The notes under the pieces: model-generated
Databases searched by the model: none
Seen by the model: the letters and a program-made list of their open reading frames with translations, nothing else
Told to the model about the DNA's origin: nothing
Translations under genes and position numbers: made by a program
Assembly: GCF_001194135.2 (NCBI RefSeq)
Contig: NC_068981.1
Span: forward strand, 128,366,714 to 128,430,713
Origin: Octopus bimaculoides
Lineage: Eukaryota
Reading direction: 5' to 3'
DNA length: 64,000 bases
Shown: positions 50,330-63,065 of the stretch, in pieces
Layout: each line of letters starts with the position of its first letter
Position numbering within the stretch: the first letter of the stretch is position 1

Positions 50330-52960
50330 TGAATGAATCACGACGGTGGTGGTGGTGTTGGTGGTTTCTTACATTGGAACTCTCATCTTTCTCTTCAATT
50401 AATAAAGAAGTTAATCTTGCAGAAGTTAATGAGAGACTAGCCCAAGAAGAAAATCTCTATTCTCAAACCATTTAACTGTATCCAGCAAGCAACTTCTTTT
50501 ACCAAATTCACTAAGACCATCCTCTTTTCCCTGCTATAAGAAGAATTAGGTTGGTCCTCACAAGATAGCAGCTGTTCAACATAAACCCACAAATGAGTAA
50601 TGCATGGACACAGAACAAGTGCATGCAGGATACTTTTGTCGCTCTGTACACAAAGAAGTTTGTGTGCTAGAGGTTCCAACGGAGCTACATCCAAAGAGTT
50701 TATCCCAAACAAGCAATGCTTCCCTCCCTTGTCAGAATGCTACAAAACCAAGGACTTTTGAAAATTATAATTCCCAATTTGATAGTTAAGGTCCCAAATT
50801 TGTAGGAGAGAAGCATCTTAAATAAAACTTTGTAAATTTCTGTTAGATATTTACATTTTATTGAATGAATCATAATTTTCTGTTCCATACAAATCTGGAG
50901 TGATTAATTGCAAAAGTCAGTCTTAGTGAATACTATAACCAAAACAGCCTGGTTCCAAATAACATGCATAGTATTTCCTACTTACTCAACCTGAATGTTT
51001 GAATTTACTACATTTTCTTCATGGTATGACTCTACTTGACCCAGACAAGTTAAGATTACTCAAGAACCACTAATTCTTCACAACCACTCTACCTATCCAC
51101 TTCACTGTCTTTCTAATTTTGGTAGATAGGTTTAACACTATAAGGAATGAATAACTAGAATGACAGGTATACTTCTTACTGTTTTCTTCTGTGTCCAATT
51201 CATAGTGGTGTGACTGAATGAAAGAAGAGTATCAGTAGAAAATTTCTCCCAACAGAGACTTGTCAGCAAATAGAACAGATGTTAAAACCATAAGTAATGC
51301 TCTGAGAGGTCACCCTAAAGCTTGTACATAACCTTGTATATTTACATTCATGACCATCTGGCAAGAAAGAGATGTTTGCATGCATTATATGACCGGAAAG
51401 TTATCTCACCTAATTGCAGACAAATATTCTAGTCCTTTGTTAAGATGATGTCTATTAACCTTGCAAAGTTTTCTATTTGACACTACTCAACCAAAAGCAC
51501 ACCAACAAATAGAAACACCATTTCAGCTACCTTGTCTGTTTCCAGTTTCACACTGCATAAATACAAAACTTTCCAGATACATTTTCATGATCCACCTGCA
51601 TCACAGGTAGAGTCACTATAGACTAAAATGGAAAATGTTCTTAATCAAATTCCTTTCATTACTCCCAAATATTCTGCTTTCATGCCAGCTCTCATCTTCC
51701 TATACTCTTTAATTGCTCTCTCTGTTTAGGTATCTATTCCAGCTTACAGAATGCCACAAGCGTGCCCTTATGCCTTTCTGTCTCTGCAAATTACTAACCT
51801 ACTTCTTTTATTTTCAAATCAATTGATATGGAAATAATTATAAAGAACCACTTCCTTCATCATCTTGAATTTCTTTCTGCTAGATCCACTGGAGATATGC
51901 TTTCATTTATCATGTATTACTAGTTTCTTGTCCTTGAAAACATTAGTGAAAGCCTTACTGTTAGATCAGAAATCCTTCGTTTCTTACAAAGTAGTCTATT
52001 TATGGACACTTTAGTTTTTAACCTGATGGATTAGAAGTGTCCTGTCAGGCTACAACTTCCAAAGCATGTCAACTGGATTCTACATTTCACATTCTATCAA
52101 TTTTTTTCAGGCTTCCTAATTTGTTTAGGTTTCCCTAACAAGCTTTTCAGTGTTACATTTAACTACAGAAACTTCTACTAATCTTCACTTTTTAATAATC
52201 TGTGGTACACAAGTTTCATCCACAATACAACCTCAACACTGCAAGATAGATATGCACTGCTTCTCTAAACAAAAGCACTGTAAGTATCTTCCTATAGGAA
52301 CATGGCAACCTAGTCTCTTTTAACAGCACCCAGGCACTCATCACACATATAAAGGAAATAGTCTTATAATGCTATATTATTCTTCATCAGAAACAACAGA
52401 ACTAAACCTTCAAAGTCACTGCAATCACACACCTATAGCATTGCTAAAACTCTAACTCAATGCCAAGGTTTCTTTTCACAGTCAGTAGATACTTTAGCCC
52501 TGATCAGTATTTTTCCCCACTCTATAAACTCAAGAGTAAATCCTTGTATCTCTGAGATAGTAGAAACACTCAGAGATGTCTATCCAGTATACTGCAATCA
52601 CTAACCCAACAATGTGTTGTCTCATCTACTGCAACTTAACCTCCTTCTGCTTTTGTGACTCACTCAACAAACATCACACAAAACACTTTTCTGAATCCAT
52701 TCTCTCGAACTCCCTCTTTACCATCTTTTCCCAACAATTATCAATCTACAGAGTTTCAAACATCAAGTTTTCCACTTCACAAATGTGGAAAGGCCTGTAA
52801 AAGTTACTGGCACCACCACCTTCAACTAAATCTTTTGAAAGAGTAACATGCACAGCTTTGCATCCTTAATTTCAACTTCCTATAACTTCTAATGTCGCTC
52901 CCCCATGAAATATTGACCCCCTTAAACTTCTCAAACAATTCCACATGGCCATCCAAAAGA
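50330..52960 (-). mobile_element. Heavily degenerate L1/Tx1-clade LINE
   Basis: C-terminal zinc-knuckle relic KSILHALVLCPCITHLWVYVEQLL (ORF 50437-50712). Upstream sequence shows only weak, stop-ridden RT/APE-like traces. Boundaries are approximate. Confidence 0.55.
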
Positions 52961-53028
52961 TATCATCATAGATCACAAGCACATTTTTTACAATGCAGAA
53001 AATAAAGCTTATAAATAGTTCATATTAC

Positions 53029-53108
53029 TCTGTTCTCCAGTCTGTCAACCAGACTTGACAGTCGATACAGTTGTGTAGATAGAGTGGTCTGTGAAACGTT
53101 TCCACCAA
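53029..53108 (-). CDS. Exon B2 of the host gene (FGGNVSQTTLSTQLYRLSSLVDRLENR)
   Basis: Excellent acceptor ttttctctctattttcag, AGA|gtaata donor, 80 nt. Phase 1 to phase 0 links exon B to exon C in frame. Confidence 0.75.
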
Positions 53109-53204
53109 CTGAAAATAGAGAGAAAACATAACAGAAAATATTTCCAACAATAGTAGCAAAGAAATGACAGACATTTCAGAAACGAATATTTGTTTCAAAT
53201 TTTG

Positions 53205-53395
53205 GCTCAAGTTCTGGGAGTAGAGGATAAGTCACTTACATCAACCCCAGTGCTCAACTGCTACTTATTTTATCAACCCCAAAAGAATGAAAGGTAAAGT
53301 TGACCTCAGTGGAATTTGAACTCAGAATATAAAGAAGGATGAAATGTTACTACGCATTCTGCCTGGCATGCTAACATTTCTGCCAGCTCGCTGTA
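53205..53395 (-). mobile_element. tRNA-derived SINE, minus-strand copy (a second copy at 53985-54192)
   Basis: Reverse complement of the 49454 family, including its head (TTCTGCCAGCTCGC). Confidence 0.8.
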
Positions 53396-54609
53396 TATTT
53401 CAGAAAACAAATATTAATATTTAATATCTAGAATAGTTACATTTATCTCCTGCTAATATTTATATCTATTGCCTAGTACTTTTTAATTCTAACCCAACCA
53501 GTACTTTTATTGAACCTCTTCTAAAATGTATGTACAACTGAGCTAATAGACATATCTAACCTCTTATAATAGACAGTAGCTTGGCAGAGTTATTGAAGTG
53601 TTAGAATACTTTTTCTGCCTTTGTTCCAGCACTCTACACTCAAAGCTCAAATTCCAATAGGGGATCAAATAAAATACCAGTTTGCACAGCAATGGATTTG
53701 TGAAATTGTTAGTGTCAAACAACATGCCTTGTGGTGTCTGCTCCTTTCCTTAGCATTCTGGTTTCAGATTTCACCTTGGGGTAGACAGCCAAGGCTTATT
53801 ACTCTATCCACATCATATGTGGCCAGTATGACTAGGTAGACCTATAACCAAGGTAGATTAACTGGCATGGCATACTGAAACTTCATTTAGTGGATCAAAA
53901 ATGTATTTATGGAATGGAAGCCAAGGAGAGAGGGAGGAATGGACAAACAGACAGACAGACAGATGAAACACTCCTAATATTAGTTTCAAATTTTGGCACT
54001 AAGCCAGCAATTTTGAGTGAGGGAGTTGGTTAATTACATTAACCCCAGTGCTCAAATGGTACTTATTTTATCAACCACACAAAGATGAAAGGCAAAGTCA
54101 ACTTCACAGAAATTTGAACTCAGAACATAAAGACAGATGAAATGCCACTAAGCATTTTGCCCAGTGTGCTAACGATTCTGCTAGCTCACTGGTATATACA
54201 CTCCTAATACTGACATCTATCAACGTTCTACACAAATCTTGAATGGATAACTTACCAACCAGCCAACATATATGTTTCTGCACTATGATAATAGATAATA
54301 TGGTTGTAAATAACTTTAAATTATCCACTTTGTTGTACAAGCATAGCTTGGATGATTTCAGTAAATAGAGGAATTTAACTACTTTGCTGGAAACTAAATA
54401 GTTGATATTTCCCTGGCTAGTGATAATCAGGTTCACAAACTCAATTCAGTTACTTACCTAGAAACACAGTACAATAGTCATAGAAAGGATTGAGCTTGTG
54501 ACTCTGTAGTCATTAGTTCCATTAAGTATACAACATTAACTAATAAAAGATTCTAGAAGATATGTGTTTTGTTATGACAATCTTATTAAAGCAGGAAGTT
54601 GTGGCTTAC

Positions 54610-54752
54610 ATTCTGTCTCAGTTACATTGCTGCTAGATGAGGGATTTGGCATTGACATCTGGCGCCTTGCTCTTCTGGCTACACGACCGGGGACAATAGC
54701 TGTGTTTACTACCTTTGAAGGAGTATCCATCATGACTGGAACAATATCTTCA
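54610..54752 (-). CDS. Exon B of the host gene (EDIVPVMMDTPSKVVNTAIVPGRVARRARRQMSMPNPSSSSNVTETE)
   Basis: tattctattttcag acceptor, AT|gtaagc donor, 143 nt. Phase 2 to phase 1 fits both neighbouring exons. Confidence 0.72.
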
Positions 54753-55271
54753 CTGAAAATAGAATACACAATCTTCATATATATATATATATAAGTCTAA
54801 ATAGTATATGACTTATACCTCAATATACTACATACCCTATCAGTAATTTACCATTTACAATCTCTCTGTATTCCACAGCCTAGTACACAATTATGATACA
54901 GTTCAGTCTGCCATCATTATACCATATAATAAATAAGTGCTTCAGAATTGTCAACTATTTCAAGTATCTTATTCCAATAATTTTTCTTTGTACATGTAGA
55001 GTTCTGAAATTTTATAGATTCCCCTCTGAATTTGGTCAGCTAAGGCAACTTCTTTTCAATCACTATGGAAACTGTTAGAGCTAGAAAACACTGAGTGGAA
55101 TAATTTTTTATTGAATTTTCATTTAGTTAATTGAGGATAGTCATAAGTCACAGATAAGGAGTTGACTTTATAATCAAGTTTGCAAGTTCCCTTCCACTGC
55201 ATGACACTTTGGACAAGTGTTTTCTGGCATAGCCTCAAGCTGATCAATGCCTTACGAATGAAACTCATATA

Positions 55272-56140
55272 CATTTGTGTATTCAGGCTAAATGTAATGA
55301 GGTTTTTTATAACTCCTTTTTCAAGAACAGCTTGATGTATTGGTGAACAGTCAATGGTATTGGTGAGCATAAAGATTAAAGCTGTTGTCGAAAAAAGCTA
55401 CCTGGCAAGGAAGACTGGGTGTCAACTGAATATAGGAAAAGAGTTACCCATGTCATAATGATTTGCACCGGGTGTCAAAATGCCAGCATCATGACTGCTG
55501 CTCAATACCCTGTGAACACTGTGAAGGCTCTAAGACATGACATGGACATCGTGAAAATTAAGTTCCCCAAAACTGTGATGGTCTCTGGGTGTTTCCAGTG
55601 AGGGTGATGTCATGACACCCCACATCTTTGAACAGGGCACTAGGTTCATTTCAGATAGATATGTGAAACTGCTGGAGACTGTGATCAAACCCTGGATGAA
55701 GATGGTTACTGCTGGAAGGTCACATGTGAGGCAACAGAATTTGGCTCCTTGCCATACCTCCAGAAAGAGTCAGAAATGGTTGTCAGAGAATATCTACGAC
55801 TTTACCAGCCCCAATTTCTGGCTTCCTAACTCCCACAATTGTAATCCCATGGATTATTTATGTTTGGGGTGCAGTTGAGAAAAATACCACCCACTCTGCC
55901 TACAACACCAAGGCTGAGCTGGTGGCCAAGAACAAGGTGTTCAAAGATCATCCCAGGGACAAAGTGTGGAACATGTGTGCCAGGTGCTGGAGCCATGGTA
56001 GAAGATGAGGGGAGTAAACTATTATCTCCTAACCATATATATCAAGTTGATATTTTTTGATTTTTTTAAATACTTTTATTTTTAGATGAGATAGTGTTTT
56101 CTTTTATGCAAACTGTCACATTTTGCCTGAACACCACATG
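55272..56140 (+). mobile_element. maT/DD37D-type Tc1/mariner transposon, internally deleted
   Basis: TIRs CATTTGTGTATTCAGGCTAAATGT / ACATTTTGCCTGAACACCACATG. Relics KFPKTVMV and QQNLAPCHTSRKSQKWL..NCNPMDY, with 37 residues between the positions of the last two catalytic Asp. Confidence 0.85.
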
Positions 56141-58742
56141 CGTGCGTGTATGTTAAAATCTAACTGGAGCCTACGGGTCATTTGGCCAGGGTTTATCCTA
56201 TATTTTTCTCCATTATTTGCTACAGTCACCTCATCCCGCCCACTCACCCAGTCCAAGCTTCTATATCACCACACCTATCTTCACCATCCTCAATGTCCCT
56301 TGAGGACATGGCCCAACACATCCTTGCCATCATATTTCTCATCCTTACTCCCTATATCTTACTCTGCAACTCACTTCTCTTTGCTTTTCAACTGGGTATC
56401 CATGTATCTACTCTATAGCAAGACACCTATGTCTATCCTCTCTTCACCTTAAATCTTTCAACTGACCCAAAGCCACATACCCTCAATACTACTCTCCACT
56501 CTCCCAGTCAAGGGCTACTTGTCTCACAAGGTACTTCGTGATCCTGTTGGTTCTGGTGCCAAGTAAAAAGCACTGGTGATAGTACCATGTAAGAAGTACA
56601 AGTGCTGGTGTCACATCAAAAGCACTGGAGATGGTACTATGTAAAAAGCACCCAGTACACTCTGTAAAATGGTTGGCATTAGGAAGTGTATTCAGCCATA
56701 GAAACCATGCCCAAACAGATTATGAAACCAGACAGAAATAGTTTTCTTTTTTTTTTCACTAATAATTTCAACCCTTTACTTCATCGTCATCATTTACCAT
56801 CATCCATGCTGGAATGTGTTGGATGGTTTGACAAAATCCAATGAGCCAGAGGACTGCATAGGGCTCCAATATCTGCTTTAGTATGGTTTCTAAAGCTGGA
56901 TGCTCTTCCTAATGCCAACCACTTTACAAAGTGGACTGGGTGCCTTTTTGCGGCACCAGCACAAGTGAAGTCATCAAGTAACTTTCAAGACAAACAAAAA
57001 AGCCCTATCAAGTTGGGGGGTCATACAGACATCCATTAAGCTCTGAAGACAGCATCCAAGTTGCTCTCAAAAGTTTTAATTTTGAGGTTATATCAAAAAT
57101 GAAGTTGCATTATTTTTCTCAAACCTGAAATGGAAAAATGTTTTGAATGAAATTCTTCAAGTTTTTAACTCCTTTTATTTTGTTTGTGTGCTGTTCTTAC
57201 ATCAGTCATCATCATCATTTAACATCCATTGTTCATGCTGACATGGGTTGGACAGTTTGACTAGAGCTGGAAAGCAGGGGAGATGCATCAGACTCCAGTC
57301 TGATTTAGCATGGTTTCTATGGCTACATGCCCTCCCTAACACCAACCACTTTACAAAATGTGTTGGGCGCTTTTACATGGCACCACACAGGCACTTTTAT
57401 GTGGCACCACCACAAGTGAGACCAGTCTTAATACTTTAACATCAGTATGTTTGAATTTTTTTATTTCTTTATATTAATTGATCCAATAAAAATTGTCTTG
57501 CAAAATATATTTTTTTAGATTATATGAAACAATTTTAAGTGCAGTAGACATGTTTTTTTTCACTTTGAAGATTGGGGAAAGTTCACTTTACTCAAAATGT
57601 TTTAGGGAATACCTTAAAAAAAAGATCTTCAATGAAATGTGCACATGGGTGTATGTGCATGTGTGCGAGAGAGAGCATGGGTGTGTGTGCATGCATGTGT
57701 GTGTGTTCATGTGTATGTCCTTATCTCTAATCCTAGAGAACTTTTAAGAATCAGTGTCTTTAACTCCAGTTTCATGGCATTAAGAAGCTGAGAGATTTAC
57801 TTCTCCTATGCTAGGTTGCCAGTCTATCACAGGTTACATTTCCAGATTATCTGGTATCTATTCCCAGTAGCTATGGATTAACAAGCATCTGAACTGAGAT
57901 GCATGTTTATCCATCAGAACAACAAGGACCATCTAGCCATATAGGGATGACAGATGACTTACACAGTGACTTTGTTAAAAGTAAAGATGAGATGTGCTCT
58001 GTCAATCTCACTCTCTCATCCATGACTATCTTCAATCATGTGGGAAGACCAGGTCAAGATGACAGAGGATGGAGACAGATGCAACAGCTGACCTAGATGT
58101 CTTACTTGCCTCATCTTAGTCTCTGCACTCCACAGTGCATTGCTGCAGTCACCTTCTCTTCCATTGAACCATTAATGATTCTTCCACACAATCCACCAGA
58201 TTCAGTCTGCGATACATAGAATAAAATATACTGTACAAATGAAAAATAAAATGCTTACAGTGCATTTGCACTCAAGATGTATGAATCATCATCATCAGCA
58301 TTATAATTTAATGTCCGTTTTCCATGCTGGTATGGGTTAGATAGTCTGAATGGGACTGATAAGCTGGAGAGCTGCACCAGGCTCCAGTCATCTATTTTGA
58401 CTTGATTTCTGTGGCTGAATGCCCTTCATAATGCCAACCATTTAACAGAGTGTACTGGGTGTTTTTTTACATGTCACCAGTACAGGTGCCATCTGTAGTT
58501 CAATAGTATATTCACTCTGCCATTGCATTTCTATATGTTTTAATGTATCAAATCAAGTAGTACTCTTCCTAAAGAAACACAAGATTGTAATAGAACTTAA
58601 ACCCATGGTCTAATGTTTACTTATGTGAAATTTAGAAGAGTTTACTTTCTAAACTCCAAGCAAAAACTGAAAAGCAAAATTGGAAGTTTTGCTCCCATAC
58701 CTGAAAGTAAAACACAGACTAGAAGTTAATTTAATAACTTAC

Positions 58743-58879
58743 TTTTGTTCTCTAGCTTGTTCATCTAAAGCATCAGAAGCATTCTCCATCGCTCGTTGAA
58801 CAGCAGTAAACTGATTCAGAATCTCATGCAGTAAAAATCTGGTCACAAACTGTTCCTTTCGAGATGAGTCTTTGTATGT
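58743..58879 (-). CDS. Exon A of the host gene (TYKDSSRKEQFVTRFLLHEILNQFTAVQRAMENASDALDEQAREQ), helical/coiled-coil
   Basis: atgatttcag acceptor, AA|gtaagt donor, 137 nt. Open frame with protein-like composition; the phase-2 end matches exon B. Confidence 0.8.
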
Positions 58880-59429
58880 CTGAAATCATAATGAATAGAG
58901 TTTTTGTAAGAGACCTTTATCTTCATTACGGTTCATGAAGTCATAAACATGAATGATCAGCAAAACTACTTTTTTTGTCAACAATTTATATATTTCCTCT
59001 CCCTGCTAACTTAATCAAATGAAAAAAATCATTTCTTTAACTTCATGCTTCCATGCACACATCGACGATTTCTGTAACAAGGTTTATTTTTTATTACGTA
59101 ATGTGTTTGTGTGTGTGAGACAGACAGACAGGCACATACATAGAGATGCATTTCCTCGATTTTAAGTGATCGGGTGCCAACCTCTCAGTTTAAAAAGTTG
59201 TAATATCCTATCCCATCCTTGATTTTGTGTTGTGTTTCAGTTATTTCCCTGACAACCCTATCGATAAAGACAAAGAAATATGTACCGCAGGACCATATTC
59301 AATGTGATTCAGTACTGAGATATATTCTAAGACAGTAAGGTAAATAATTAATCCAACGAGAGTTATCTCCCTTATCTAATTCAGCATTCTAAAAAATGAC
59401 TGAAGTTCTAAACCAATGCAAGAAGCACA

Positions 59430-60240
59430 TCTAGATGACATCGTCATCATTTAATGTCTGCTTTCCATGCTGGCTTTGAGCTGGACGGTTTGACATCGAG
59501 TTGGTCAGCTGGGAGCTGTACAGACTCCATTTGCCTGTTGTGGCATGGTTTCTACAGCTGGATGCCCTTCCTAATGCCAGCCACTTAATAGAGTGTGTTG
59601 GGTGCTTTTTACATGTCACTGGCACAGGTATGCTTACCCAGCACTAGCATGGGCACGTTTACACAGCACCATCACGGTTGTTTCTTATGCAGCATCAGTA
59701 TCTGAAAAGACAAGCTTGTATGTATGGAAGATGATGATTTTACTTAGCTTGACGTGTAGCTTGACATGTCTTATCAAGAACAGCAAATCACCACATCTCC
59801 TGGTCCCTTGTCATTTCCTCAGTGAGGCCCAACCTTTCTCACCACTCTGTCCCATGTCTTCCTGGGTCTACCCCTTCCTCAGGTACCCTCCACAATTAGA
59901 GCTCGGCACTTCTTTACACAGCTGTCTTCATCTATACACATCACATGACCAAACCAGTGCAGTCTTCTCTCTTGCACACAACATCTGATGTGTCTTATAC
60001 CCAGTTTTCCTCTTAAATCATTTACACTCTGTCATGCATGCACACTGACATTAGCCATCCAGCAAAGCTTGCTAGCTTCATTTCTTTCAAGCCTTTGCAA
60101 GTCCTCTTTAGTCAAAGCCCATGTTTCACTGCCATGTAACAGCTGTACATACACAGGCATCAAACAATCTGTCTTTCACTCTGAGGGAGAGGCCCTTAGT
60201 TACAAACAAAGGTAGCTCCTCTCTGAACTTAGCCCAGCCT
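59430..60240 (-). mobile_element. RTE LINE 3' fragment, minus strand
   Basis: QERRLHWFGHVM..DEDSCVKKCR..GRGRPRKTWD on the minus strand, plus the conserved tail. Confidence 0.85.
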
Positions 60241-60790
60241 GTTTTTACATAATGATAATGAGCCTATTGTATACAGTTGTCTACTAATTATTTTAAAGCT
60301 AGTCCACTTGAGACCAAGCTTACTAAAGTGCTCATATTTACATTAAAAGCTCCACTAAAATTTCATCATATCATGAATTAAATTTTGAAATTTGAACAGG
60401 TCAATACCACACAAAATCTCAAGATACTCCAGTATCTTGATGATAAGGAAAATTAATTGAAGCATAAATGCAGCCACAACATAAAGAGTTTACACTATGT
60501 TAAGATAGATCTATAACTATTTTAATATACATACGACTTGACAAAGCTAAACTGGGTTTCAGTACTATAAGCAAAAATGTAAAATGATGAGAGCCATTTG
60601 AAGAGAAATATTACTATTACTCAGCTCACTAAGAAACAGAGTCATTCCTTTCTATCCTTCTGGCCAAAACGAAAAATTACCATATTTGGAAACAGTTGAG
60701 GGCTGGCAACAAGAAGGGCAGCCCACCATAAAAAGTTTGCCTCAACAAATTCTATCTAACCCAATGCATGGAAAACTAAACATTAAAACG

Positions 60791-60838
<48 letters not shown>

Positions 60839-61262
60839 CATCATCATTGTTTCAACATCTCCATGTATGTGTGGGACAGACTGCTTTTTACTAAGGCAAA
60901 TTTTCTCGGGCAGGATGCTTTTCCTATATAATGTTTCAAAAACAGAACATGAAAAAAGTACCAGAGTGTCATATATTCAACAATTCTAATTTAATATGTT
61001 AATTAAATGTTTTTGATAACATTGTTGAGTGTAATGAACCTAAAGCCACATGATTACAAGGCAGCATTTTAAGGACACAACTACATCTTGGCCTGCAGGG
61101 CCACAGCCACACAGAGGCACTGCTTTGAAGGGCTTTAGTGAAACAAATCAACCCCAGTACTTGTTATTTTAAAGTCTGGTACTTATTCTAATAGGATCTT
61201 TTGCTGAACTGTCAAGTTATTGAGATATAAACAAACAACACTGGTTTTCAAGCAGCTAGAGA

Positions 61263-61263
<1 letters not shown>

Positions 61264-61328
<65 letters not shown>
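61264..61328. repeat. (CA)n microsatellite
   Basis: Directly visible. Confidence 0.97.
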
Positions 61329-61335
<7 letters not shown>

Positions 61336-62409
61336 CATTAACATCATCATCATTTAGCATCTGTTATCCATGCTAGCAATGGGTTGGATGGTTTGATTGA
61401 AACTGGTAAGCCAGAGAACTGTACCAGGCTCCAGTCTGTTCTGGCTTGGTTTCTACATCTGGATATTGAGATATATATATATATATATATATATGAACAT
61501 CATCATCATCATTTAACATTCAACTTCCATGCATGCATGGGTAGGACAGGAACCAGCCAGGTAAAAGACTACTCCAAGCTGTTGTGTCTGTTTTGGCAAG
61601 GTTTTTACAACTGAATGCCCTTCCTTACACCAACTGCTCTGCAATGTAGACTCAGAGACATGGCACCAACACAGGCGAGGTCAGTTTTGACGTGATTTTT
61701 ACAGCTGGATGCCCTTCCAAATACCAACCACTTCACAGTGTGGACTGAATGTTTTTTATGTGGCACCAGCACTAGCAGGGTCACCAAGTAATTTGCAAGA
61801 CATGAAATTTTGAGATTGGTGGGGAGCATTGGAGGAAGAGATCTTATATCAGATGGTAAAAGGTTAGAGAGTGACAAAGAAATAGAGGCAGAAACAGGTG
61901 TCTTGCTATAGAAGTACATGGTTAGCCGGTGAGAGAGAGAGAAAGAGAAGGAGAGGAAGAAAGAGAGGGGAGAGAGAGGTACAAGAAAGAGGACAGAAAC
62001 AGGTGTGCTGATGTAAAGGAGATACTAGGTTACCTAGCCAGAAAGAAAAGCAAGAGAAGAATCGCCACATCAATATGGCTGTTCAATATTACTACTGTTT
62101 AATACCAGGCAGATCTTCCACTAGCTGGCTATAGGTGCAGCCTCACCCAGTATATATTGCAAGCAAGAAAGTAAACCCCCACCACCCTCTAGCAGACAAC
62201 AGGATCATGAGACCAACTCAGCTTGAAGCTAGTTTTACTTATCCTCAGTTGCAAACAGAGAGATGGCCAGAATCCTCTTCAGGAAGCAATACATAGAAAA
62301 CAAAGCAACCATATATATATATATATATATATATATATGCTTTTTCTATTATAATTGAAACACGTAAAATTTTAAAAAGTAGAAAGAAGTATCTTTGTAA
62401 TGAATAATA

Positions 62410-63065
62410 TTGGGTTGGCAAGAAAGTAATTTCGGTTTTTTAATGTCATTTTTGTCCATACAATAAATGAACTTTAATCAATTATATATTTTCCATTTTG
62501 TTCAATGACCTTTTGCCATCTTTCTGGCAACTTCATGATTCTGTGCTCATAGAACTTCTGGTCCTTATCAGTCAAAAACTGAAACAAGTGCAATTTCAGG
62601 TCACCATCATTATTGAAAGTTTTACCATTCAAAGAATTTTGCAAACAGATTCAATTATGGCTTTGATTCAGTAATCATCATCTTCAGTAGGGCGACCAAA
62701 ATGTTGATCATCTTTGAGTGAAAAATCTCCAGAATGGAATCTTTTAAACCATTTCTGACATGTGCATTCTGTTAAGCAATCAACACCATAAACTTCACAT
62801 ATCTCTTTGTGAGCCTCAACACCTTTTTTGCCTTTAAGGAAATAAAAAAACAAAATATGGCGAAAACATTCGTTTTTGCACTCCATGTTAAAATTGACAT
62901 TGAATTAACAGCTGTAAACAAAATTACGCACAATTTGCTTCTAAAGTAAACTAAACGTAATGGCTTTCAAATGTCAAAAGGAAAAAATCATAACATTGAC
63001 AAAAGTTATTCAAAAAGATCATAACACTATTTGTGAAAAACGAAATTACTTTCTTGCCAACCCAC
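62410..63065 (-). mobile_element. Internally deleted mariner retaining the N-terminal HTH coding region
   Basis: TA-flanked TIRs TTGGGTTGGCAAGAAAGTAATTTCG / CGAAATTACTTTCTTGCCAACCCAC. ORF 62668-62886 (FRHILFFYFLKGKK..CQKWFKRFHSGDFSLKDD..GRP). Confidence 0.92.
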
